A DNA stretch of 64,000 bases from Phoronis australis (taxonomy: Eukaryota > Animalia > Phoronida), in contig NMRA01000248.1 of assembly GCA_002633005.1 (NCBI GenBank), positions 124,001-188,000 on the forward strand. Direction: 5' to 3'. Of the stretch, positions 26,301 to 38,300 are shown in pieces. A program made the position numbers and the translations under genes. Each line of letters starts with the position of its first letter. Within the stretch, counting starts at the first letter, position 1. The notes beneath the pieces are model-generated. The model had not been told where the DNA came from and made no database searches. It saw only the letters and a list, made by a program, of their open reading frames with translations.

Positions 26301-29300
26301 AAATAAATTGAATTTATAAAGTAAGGCTTACCAACTATTATAGCTTAAAACACGTTTTTTTCACGCTAAGCTTCGACCGGGAAATTATCGTCTGCTAAAG
26401 TAGGTTACCACTGGTAACTGAATATAATTCTCAAGTCAAAGATGCTGACGACACGATACCCGCATTCAAACTAGAGATCGGTGATTTACAAGTAAGAAGA
26501 CATGAGAGAAAAATTTCATGGAATTAAGATATCATTTTTATGGAAATTATGTGTCTTATTTTCCGTAACGTATAAGCACAGTACAATGCGGTTTGTTGAA
26601 CGTGCGATTATTGCGCGTGCTCATTTAAGTATTCTATTTTCACTCTTGATGACGTCAGTCGCTGCGTGGTGTAGTGGTAAAGTCGGCGACCAGCAACATT
26701 AGGGTCCCGGGTTCGACCCCGTCCTCGGTTTCCCGCCAAATCGTTATCTCGCTAGTGAGATAACTTTATGGGTTATTACACGGTTGTATCTGCCATTTGA
26801 CGCTAATATCGTGGTATAAAACCGTGTAATAACCCATTTAGTTATCTCACTAGTGAGATAACATTTTGGCGGGAAACCGAGGCCGGTTTCGAAAAAGGGC
26901 CTCAAGAGTTTCGAGTCGCCGACTTTACCACTACACCACTCAGCGGCTGACGTCAACTTATCGTGAAAATAGAATACTTAAATGAGCACGCATGATCAGC
27001 AAAGGGCATTGTACCAACATTTATACGCTATGAAAAAAAAGACGCATAATTTCCATAAAAACGATATTTTAATTCAGTGAAATTTTTCTGTCGTGTTCTC
27101 TCACTTGTAAATCACCCATCTCCCATTTGAATGCGGGTATCGTAACGTCGGGATCCTTTGACTAGAGCATTATACTCAGTTACTAGTGGCAACCTACTTT
27201 AGCAGACGATATTATCGCGGTCGAAGCTTAGCGTGATAAAATGTGTAGTAAGCTACAATACTTTCTAAACCTTAATTTATAGATTCACTTTATTTCTATT
27301 TTGTTTAAATTTTCAATTGGTTTTGAGTAAAAACATTTTTTGACAAGAATAGCTCGGCTTTTCTTAAAAGATCATGACCTCCGACCCCGGGCCTCTGACA
27401 CAGAAAGTAGTTACAAAGCCGAGGCGAGTCGAGAAAGGTAGATCATGGCATTCTCGTTCAGTATGTGGTATAAATAGATTATTACATGTTCTCAATCGTT
27501 ATCCCCCTTATCTAGCCATTTTGTTTTCGATTTCAGATTCAAAAACCCATAGAAGCCGCATTTTTTACGTACACGGCTGAAAATCAGTACGTTTATTAGC
27601 AGACATGTACTACCAGATTTTCCATAAATTATGCACTTCCGGTCCAAGATGGTGGAAGTATCGGCCATTGAATTTAGACACCCCGATTTCAGGAGGAAAA
27701 CTTTTGTCCTGCATAGGGCGCATGGTAGAACCAATTGCATTCTAAATTTTTCACGTTTCAAGTTTTTTTAGTAGCTGCTTAACCTGAAGTTGTTTTCAGA
27801 ATGGCAGTCTGACGCATTTTCATTAATTTTCAATCATTGGGGGTTTTATTTTGAACGGGAAAACCAAATGACGTTAATTTTTGCATGCAGATTCTCTGAA
27901 GTACAGTCTTTAAATGTACTGAACATTTTTTTCTCCATTCCACTGTTCTTGTTCGCGTAAAAGTTATTTGTACATACCAATGACATCGTGAATAAAATCT
28001 ACGGTATCTAAATCAAAAGTTTGAGAAGAACTATCGGCACATTATATCTTATCCTACTTCCTGACTAGTTCTTGCATGACTCGTACAAAAATGAAGTAAG
28101 AAATGACACTGACCGGTATGCTGGCGACTACCCGGATGGTGGCATCAACCACTTAGTGTTCCCACTCGATCTTTTTGAATTCTTCACACAAAAAATAATC
28201 ACAAATGAACTACTTACCCCCATTTACTGCTCTGCCAAGTGAATTAGTTTTCATCTGCATTCGAACAATTCGGAACCACGTCAAGTTACACTCCAAAGCC
28301 TCTAGTGCGAACACCGGCCAGTATTAGACTTGGTCGCATCACCCTCATGAGAGAGAAATCACAAAAGGTATCCTTCTGCATATTGCGGCACAAAAACGCT
28401 ACCACAGTAATGGCCGTGATTTTATCTGTCTACCATCAACGGATAAACCTCTTCACGCAGAATACCGGATGCAAAATATTCTTTGTGAGAAAAAAATCAC
28501 ATCATAATCTAATAGCAAGCCACAGGTAGTTTATGGAATATGTTGCAAACAGTTTATCCCGTTCAATCCGCCATCTTCTTGTCACATCACGTGACCTGAT
28601 GAATATAGGTCCGAAAAGATTTCTGCTCCCGACCGGGACCCGAACCCAGGACCTTCTGCTAACGATGCAGACGCTCTCGCTGGCGGATTCAACGGGATAA
28701 AGTGCTTGCAACACAGGTAGTTGTAGCAAATTTATCGCTAATAGATAAGGATGTCATACGAAACCACTTTCTCAACGTTGGAGCAACTACTTGAATTCAC
28801 CTCTTTGCCTATCCTGTTCTTTTTGCCCATCTAAATCTGAAATTATTGGGGGTGTCAGAACTCTTCTTCGCAATTAGAATGTTGTAATGAATGTCCATGC
28901 ACTAAACTATAGTACGGTTACAAATCAATTTAATTTCAATGACATTAATTGACATTTTCTAATGAAAATTGTTTATTTTAGTACCACAATTTTCTTTAAT
29001 CTTATGTTATGCGTCTTACAGCTTATTTCATGTTAACACACAGTATATGCCTGAGAGTCCTCTCTGCTAACAGCTGCTTAAACATTTTGCGACAAAATCA
29101 TTTTACCGCAACAATGTAGCTACTAGCGTCAGCCAAGACTGCTTCTGCAGGCTGCACCGACAGCTTACATGTTTTTCTTGCAGCATGCAAAACTGGTTGG
29201 TATACTTGGCGCGGACAGTGTTACAAGTTCTTCACGGAAAGTGCTTCTGGAAACTCCAGCAATGCCTGGCATAACGCTAAGGACGCTTGTATGGCAGAGT

Positions 29301-32300
29301 CGGCCATGTTATCAAGTATCAATAGTGCCGAAGAAATGGATTTCGTCAAAAGCATTGCCGAGTAAGTATTTACATATGTTGATGAACTTTCTTTATTGAA
29401 ACAATTAGCTCAGTTTTTGATACGAACACACGGATCCTTACGTAGCGACGAGTGAATTTTCAATTTGACATCATTGAGCTCCAATATCAAGATTTCTGTA
29501 AATATCACAAACAAAACATTAAAAACATCATTTTACTTAATCGGGAATTGTTTAAAGCTGTTCTAAAACCGCATTTGGTCAAAGATAAAAAGTTTTGATT
29601 TACACCTCTCGCCGTCATGAAACTGGTCTCAATGCGTTCCTTACTCAATTGTTCCTTCAGACATAGAAATAACTCACTATTTCTTAAGACCATGCTCAAA
29701 CCAAGCCCCAAAATCCCCTAGTCCCGTCTTATTTGAGTAAGGAGAAAATTGGGACATTTTTTGTTTTTTTAACAGAAGGCAGTGGTTTGTACTTACTGTA
29801 AACAAACCCAATCGCACGTCACTCTACTAAATGGCACATCATCTCATGAGAGGGGCTCCATGTACATGTATATTGCCTCTTTGTTAAAGCAGTTTTGTAT
29901 TGTGATTCTTACAAAAGTGTTGTTGTTAGGTTACGTGCTGTCTAGAATGAAATATATAAATAAATAACGAGCTACATGATAGCACAGTTACAGAAAATGT
30001 CTAAAACATGCAGTGCTATTTTGAAGCACGTCTGGCAATCGGTTATGCATATTTAGTTAATTCGGCACTGTATTTTAAGTTGTGAGATCTATCTCCAAGC
30101 GCCGTCATTTTGTAAAATTACTTCCCGTCACTTAACCGCTAATATTCAACGCAAATTTGCTGGCGATCAAGTGTCGACTGAAATGTATGGCAATTTGTGG
30201 GCTTTGCAACGAACCGGGAGACAAACGGACCACCAGCACAAGTGTCGACTGTATTTTCTTGTGGGGGATGGCCCTATTGTGCTTCCTCTGAGGCTACCCC
30301 GGTGTTGCTAAGAATATAATTGTTTCCCACAGAAAACACTACCCTGCCAGCAAGTTTTACATAGGACTGTCCTACGGTGTTCATGGGCATGAATGGGCTG
30401 ACAACTCTGCGACGTTCTACACACACTTCGGCCATGGTAGGTTCACTTCAATTTATGCATCTGTATATGATGACTTGACTATATGCAATAGCAGACGAAC
30501 ACTTGGTGTTACTAGTGGATGTATAAAAATGAATAACATAAATTTTATGAGTGTCATAAAAAAGAAATTTTTTGGCTAATATAGTCACGGCTCTTTGGAA
30601 AACCTGAAAGCAAAATAGATGCAAATGAAACACACCAGGGAAGAGTTCAATAACGCTAGAACCTCGCTAAATACATGTAGCAAGCTTTCTCAAGATAACG
30701 CGAGATATTGCCGTGTATATTAAATGGGAGCACGTGATTTTGGCAAGACTTTTCTCGCCTCGAGACAGCTACTGAACTCTACCCCGGAATATGCAGGTGA
30801 GGTGGTACGGAGATCTCTTACCTGGCATTACTTAGCAATTGAAAGCAAGGTTTAGTCGACTGCTGACGATTCAATCAATTGACTTTTTTTTGCTTTTTGA
30901 CTTAAGCTTGATGACAGATATATTCTAAAAATAACTTAACTTTGATTGTTTTGTTTTCTGCTTTTGACGAAACGTTTGTGTTCTGTCTAGTCGAGCAGAT
31001 TATGGAGTCAGCGATTTTGTGTTGTAAACAGAGGTTCAAACTTGTCCTGCTTTGGTGAAACAGCCCAAGTTCTCCATTGACTTAGCTTAGCCTAAAATCA
31101 AAGGCCAAATTCCAAAAGACGGTTCGAGAAACAGGGCTTTGGTGTCGTCTATCGATCTTTAGGCAAGCGGCAGGGCACTTTAAACCTACGTAGGCACATC
31201 TCTACTCAACAAAGTCCATGAAAGAATTTTGCTGTATCGTATACTGTGCTTCGTCGCAGGACAAATGATAAGCAGAATCGATATGCTGCTGATGTTTTGC
31301 TGTTCATACCCATGCGCGTACATGTATATATCTCTTTTCGAAATGTTCTATTATTTACACCGAACAGGTTTCCTTGACCGAGAAAACTTATACATGTATA
31401 TCGTGGGGTTACCGAGACACTGAATGTTATTTCATCATTTGTTTATCAGTCGACTAAAAGGGTGGGAAGTGAAATTCCATATTAATTTTTCAAAAACCAG
31501 CAAATAAGCATGCGCGGCGAACATAACGCAACATTAACCCAGTGTTGTCTGTTAGAAAATACGTTTTAATTGAGATCGCTTACGGCTACAAAACTGGTTT
31601 TGTGAGGTAGCTTTAATCCTTACTCACATGCAGTTTAGAAGCGATATCTGAGTTCGGAAAGAACTGGCACTCCGTTATTTTGTCAGGCAGAACGAATGAA
31701 ATTTCTGGTCACAGAGTCTGGAGAAATAATGAACGGTCAGTTCCTTCGAAGATAACACCCACCTCCAAATTGACTAAGGATCAATTTCACAATGGCGAAT
31801 GCTTTAACTCATGTTTGTGATAGAAGGTATGGAACAGCTTTAAATTAATTTTGATATGGGCGTGGTGTCTTTTATGAAAAAAAACATCCGCGGGCGAGGA
31901 AAAACGCGTGGATAATCGTTTTGCTTCATATTCTGAATTGTTTGTGACATATAGGCTTTTGTGAACAGTAAAGATTGTAAAGAGAAGGCTTACGAACTAT
32001 GTAGTATTGAGGGACGGAGATAACACTTTGAATGGCTCTAGAAAATCACATACTGTACAGTCTTTTGGGAATTCAATCGTCCCCCCCTGAGAAACCGTCT
32101 AGCAGAACATAGACGTCCCAGGTTGTGTCGCATTCCCTAGATACCGACCATGTCATTTACCGGAATAAAGTGAGACTTTTGACTTCTGACTACACTTGGT
32201 TTGTGGGGTTGGAGCCAAGTCGCAATGAATGTATACGGTGTTGGTAACCTGGCCGAGTTACGAAAGCACGTGTTTTCCTGTTCCGAATGAATACCTGACT

Positions 32301-35300
32301 GAATTAGCACAGTCACACCTGATTACTTGATACGTCATGCTGCGCAAAATTTCAACAAGGCAATCACTTGAATGATAAACTTGTGATTTCCCAATTGTGG
32401 CGGTCTGGTTAGTGGTATCAATAATGGCGTCCGAAATATTGTTCGCTGGTTTTGTTTCCAAAACTTGGTTCCACTGTCCGTTTATTTTTTATGTATGCTC
32501 ACTTATATAAACACAAGAGGGATTGCAGGGTTGCGTTCATGAAGTGTTGGCTTTTAGAAATTCAGCGTGCAAAGTGGACAACGAAAATCAGATTTGTTTT
32601 TATGGCTACCACAGCGGCAGCAGCACCATCAGAATATCACTAATGCAGTAAAAGATCTGCAGACGAGCTTTTGGACATTTAAAGGGAATTGGCTTTGGTT
32701 TAAGAAGAAATAACTTTGTAATGGAACTTTTGGCGGCGTGGCCTTGCTTTTTTACACCCTTGCGTTCATATGCGCCAGGTGTATATTTGCACGTATGTAA
32801 ATTTAGAGGTGATGTAATTGGACACCCGTATGTAGTTTTACACCCAGGTGTATTTGCGTGTACATGTAAAAATACACACCGTATGCAAATATACATGCAA
32901 ACTCAGGTGGGAACGCAATCTTCTAAGCGGGGTTTCGAATTGTGCATTCATTTCAGCTGGGCTCTAAACTGATAAGTGGATTTTCTTATTCATTAGCGGT
33001 ATATTTGCAAAATGATTGCACAACTTTCAAACCGCCCTTGGTCTTAGCAGATACATTAATTACTGAAATGTGTTTTATCACCAGTCCTACAACCGTTCTT
33101 AACAAACACACTTGCAATTGCGAGATAATTCCAAAAGTAATCCCCGGGGATCGATGCCAGGGCCTAAGAGCTCCCCACTGAGATTCAAAGCAATTTTATT
33201 GTTCTAGAACAATATTCTCTTTTCTAGCAAATGCTGCTTGTGTCGACTCCGCTGCAAAATGTATGGAGTACTGAGCGCAAAAAATGTTGCTTTTCTCTTT
33301 CACCATACAAACGCGATGTAAATTTACATCTACAAAAGGGTATAGATTTGCGTTTGGTGTATATTTACATACTAGTGTAAAAGCGCAGCATATAAACGGG
33401 GTTTTAGTCACCCCTGGACCGCTCCAAGAAATGCCGAAGATCACTTGAACTGGTCAGATTTTATAATCAACATGTCTTGAGGTTCGTCGGTGACCGAAGC
33501 CTTGTCTACACTCATTGATTTGACGATAGCACACGACACAAAATATCGGAACGTGTAGACAGACCTTTAGTTGAACATATACGTAAGATGTCGGACAATG
33601 ATTGGGGTCATTTAAGCACAAGTCGAGTAAAACCTTAAATTTAGAGTGTCAAATTTCTGCTTTTTTCAGGTTACGGTGTGACGAAGAAGATTGTTTGTTT
33701 CCCTAACCAACTGTCATTAACCTGCCCACTTGGTAAAGTTCTCCGTATACACAGAGCAAATTTTGGGCGGACGTCAAGTAACGTATCAGGCTGCGAAACT
33801 GAGGTAATGTCATCGTTTTCCCCATTAGGATTACTACGCACATCTTTGCTAAACATGCACGAACATTAAAGGATTTGATACATTTGTTTTTTAAAATAAA
33901 ACCGATTCCAGTTTCGTGTTTAATACAAACTGTAGTATTTTATCCCATTATCACACACAACTGTGCATGCATTGTTGTTTGAAATAATGACTTATTTTTT
34001 CAACAGAAACACATACTTGACTGCATCTCGCCGTCCAGTTTTACGATAATTCACAGCTCCTGCCATAATAAGACATCTTGCACCGTTAATCAAAGCACTT
34101 CTGTGTTTGGTGACCCCTGCCCAAGCGAAAAGAAGTACATTGAAGTAGACTACGATTGCGTAACAGGTATGATGCCGACAGTTGATGATGCAAGTGCTAT
34201 CTTGCCACTGCGACTGCGCATAATGGTTGACTGTCGGTTTCATCGGTTCAACCAGCTAAGACGTCCGATTGTTCTGTACGCTGGAAGCTGTCATCGATAA
34301 GCAACCAGAAATGTCTTGGCCGGTCGACACTGCAGAACCATGGGAGTCAATTAAGTGCAGCTTATGCATTAACCATAGCAGAAACATTTTCACCTATGAT
34401 TTGCGTCAAGCCGTTTTGTAAGAAAATCGCAAAAAATTATCAAATTACCACTTACTTTGAAAAATGTCATATCTGCTAACGCAACTTAAACTGTGGGTAT
34501 CGTTGGTGTAGCTGGCCGTAGGAAGCAGGGGGAGGGTGGGAGGCAAGTGCCCCCCACTAATTTTCGAGCTTCAGGGTTAAACCATGGTGACAACCGCCAT
34601 AGGCGTGGAGCCGGGGGCTGTCGAGAAAAGAAAGACAGTGAAAGTTGGGGTAGGGAGAAAATTCAAGAGACCATTTGTCCACTAGCAGTGCTTGGTTAAT
34701 AATAATATTATTTAAAAAAGGAGGCCGAAGTGATATAAAGAACTATAGATCCATGAGCTTATTAGCCCATACATACAAACTCTTCACAAGGCTATTACAA
34801 AATAGAATGGAGAAACAACTGGATGAAAATCAACCCCGAGAACAAACAGGGTTTAGAAAGAGCTACTCAACAACAGACCATCTGCAAGCCCTTGGACAAA
34901 CAATTGAAAAATGTAACGAATTTAACCTGCCACTTTGTGTTGGTTTCATAGACTATGAAAAGGCTTTTGATTCAATTGAACACTTTGCCAACATTGAAGC
35001 CCTAAAAACATCAACATAAATGAAACATATGTAAAACTGCTTGAAAATATATATACAGATGCCACCGCCAAAATACACATCGACAACCACGTCTCTGAAA
35101 GATTCAACATAGAGAGAGGGGTTAGACAGGGTGACCCAATTTCACCAAAACTGTTTACACTGACAATGGAAGAAATCTTCAAATCTTCAGACCTTCCAAG
35201 GGGAGTAAACATAGACGGAGAACGCCTAACAGACCTAAGATTTACAGATGATGTTGCTTTGTGCACAGAAGACATAATACAATTTGAAACAAATTTAAAT

Positions 35301-38300
35301 ATACTGAATGAAGAAAGCAACAATGTGGGATTAAATATACAAAAGGACAAGACAAAGTACATGACAAATTTTGAAACAAATGAACAAGTAATGGTGGAGA
35401 ACAAGATCATTGAAAGAGTCACACAATATAAATACCTGGGACAACATATGACCAATGAAATACAACTCCGAATAACAGCTGAATGGAGTTTATTTGGAAA
35501 AAATAGAGAAATATTCCAAGATAAGAACATACCCATATCCCTGAAAAGAAAAGTATATGACCAGAGCATCATCCCCACAATCACCTATGGATACCAAACA
35601 TGGACCTTAACAAAACAGACAATTGCCAAGCTAAGAACAACACAGAGAGCAATGGAGAGAAAAATGCTTGGAATAAAGTTACTAAACAAGATTCCACACA
35701 CAGAGATAAGGGAACAAACAGGAGTCGTGGACATAATCAAGATAATTTTGAATTTGAAATGGAGGTGGGGCGGACAGGTGGCCAGAGCACAGGACAACAG
35801 ATGGACAAAAAGATGCACCGAGTGGCAAACCAGATATGGAAAGAGATCAAGAGGACAGCCCCAAGCCAGATGGAGAGATGACATCGAGAAGACGAGAGGT
35901 ACAACGTGGATGAGAGCGGCAAGAGACAGAAAAATTGGAAGGCATTGTCAGAGGGCTACATCCTGCAGTGGATGGTCAATGCCTAGAGTCAGAGTCAGTG
36001 AGAGTAAGTTCCTGGTTTAACCTTTGAGGTTCCAGGCCAGGGAATTGTTAGGGGACCCCAGTTTCTTGCAGCATTGATCATCTAAGGGTACTTGAAGACG
36101 CACACTTAATCATTCATACAGGTATTTCGATAAAGGTCGAGAAAATATGTAAAGCACAACTTTTGCAGGGCATATTAATTCATGAGAGTTTTGAATTCAG
36201 GAAGACAGTTTTAGGGAGTGCAAAACTATATTTTTCTCGTCAAGTCTTTTTTCGTGTTCTTTCTCAAAATTGTATATCACGTGGTAAAAAGTGAGAACCT
36301 GACATATAGCAACGATTGCTTCTCATTTCCTGTTTTTTATTATAGATCCTCTAATATTTAAGAGCCCAGTCCTTGTAGGGGGCCCATTGATGGCATCCAT
36401 GCGGCCACCCTTTTCGTGCCTTTTATTGATAACTTTTTGGAGGCAGCTCACGGACAAAGGGCCCAGTGATTGCATTGACTGCCTCTATTTTCTGTCTTTG
36501 CGAAATCGAAAAACTTTTTATGTTAATGAAAGTCACTTCTTAGAGGGACACACGATGATGGAATTAACTAACACTCTACCATTTTTAAATGATATTTAGC
36601 CTTTCATATCAAGGGTACCCCTTTCAAACGAGGTCCTCACTCGGAGGGGCATCCGGGGTACTTGCTGATTCGTCCCTCTATCAGCCCGACTCTGCCAAAT
36701 ACTCACGAGGGGAAGAAGATAGGATTCCAAATTCACCTAAAAAGTAAATTCGTGCAAAGCACAGCAGTGTCAAGACATTCAGCCGCAAGAACAAAAAGGT
36801 TGCAGTGAAAAATGCAATTGGATAAACCGTCATTGAAAGGATGAGAGTTTGAAGAACTTGAAGAGTCCTATTTGTGAAATACACAAAAGAAATAGTCCCG
36901 ATAAAATGTCGCATACTCACACATGTCGGACAAACTGTCGGGGGTAGGATTTTTGACGACCATAAACAGAGTACATTTCAAATGGATGGTACTCAAAGAA
37001 TTATACAAGAATTGGCTCTCATAAGCAAAGAGTTCAGCGAACTTTGAAGTAAGTTCGATTTTAGCCCATAAACCGTAATAGCAACCTGCACAATGAGCCA
37101 AATTACTCTTCAAAACGAGTAAATTCGGAAACATTTTGGCCCCATACCTGGCGGGATACCCTCTCCCACGTTCCCCAGATAGCCCGTCCAGAATCTGCAA
37201 GCAACCTTCGGGAATTGCTAATGCTATTCTGATTTGATAGAGAACGAATTCGTTGGTTTCAAATTTATGCGTTTACGTATCTACGAAAATCTTTTTGGAC
37301 AATTAGAAGGTAATCGTATAAGAATTCATGTTTCAGTGAATGTACTTGTAGGCTACACTAGACAATCCTTGCCTATCTGGAATAATTCTCAAAGGTATTG
37401 ATGAAGTTTGAACAGTTCTACAGTGTCTCCCAACAAAGTACTCGCAATTCAAATGGCAACAAATGGTTCTTGAACACGACTGGTGATTTTAATTTAAAAC
37501 AAGATATCAAAAAGGGCTGAAGTCTTTCAATCACATTAAACGCATTGCCAATTATACGTACCTTCGGAAAATTAGGTAGCTTTGCACTTGGCAGCAGGCA
37601 AGGGCGTAGAATCGGATACACGGGAACGAAATTGATCTGTTGACGTTGTACAGGACATAGTGCGAGTACAATTTTGGGACACCCCCTGAACAATTTTCCC
37701 CAGCCACTAAAATTAGCGCTACCCGTGCTTTAACAAAGGATCTTTAAACAATTCCACAAGCAGCGTATCAGGGACACCGGAACGTCACACTTACAAATTT
37801 TATGCCTTTTAACCATGACTGTTTTCCGCAAACTGGACCACAAGGTTTGCCTCCTACCCAAGCAAAGCGTGGGAGGTCGGTTTAAGATTGGCAATATTTC
37901 AGATAATGGAGGGAAGAAGAATGGTAACGGTTTTCTAATCGATTTTAACTTATGTGCTCATGACACTGACGAACGTTTACAGTTTGGTTTGCACATCTCC
38001 ATGTAGATTTCAAGCTTGGAAGCCATTTCACATAGCCCACCCACAAGAAATGTAATCTGTATCTTTAGTATCATCAGACTTGTGTTCTGTAAGTGCGATT
38101 CCCACTAGGGTGGTCGTCATGAACGACAATGTGGAGTGTCGTGAGACCATGGTTTTCTAAAACTTTTCACGGTCACGTTTGGTCGGTCTATCTCCTCTTT
38201 CTTGAACGGGTGGAAATGACTGCGCTTGGATGCAGATGCACTTGTGCTGACTATAGGTTGCACGTGATATAATTTTACTGATTTCAGATGTCAACTCATG

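Noticed and set aside
26660-26738. tRNA gene (A box, B box, ends near CCA)
   Set aside because: The acceptor stem does not pair, and the block recurs with variation inside each copy of a dispersed repeat.
32140-32245. Candidate lectin exon DTDHVIYRNKVRLLTSDYTWFVGLEPSRNECIRC
   Set aside because: No donor in the phase needed to join 33670, and no proper CTL C-terminal cysteine pattern; 38288-38383 fits much better.
32513-32650. Candidate CTL C-terminal exon EGLQGCVHEVLAFRNSACKVDNENQIC
   Set aside because: Poor acceptor (no pyrimidine tract), no conserved Trp, and no donor before the stop.
34946-35922. Minus-strand ORFs of 212, 99 and 61 aa
   Set aside because: Antisense shadows of the RTE reverse transcriptase frame.
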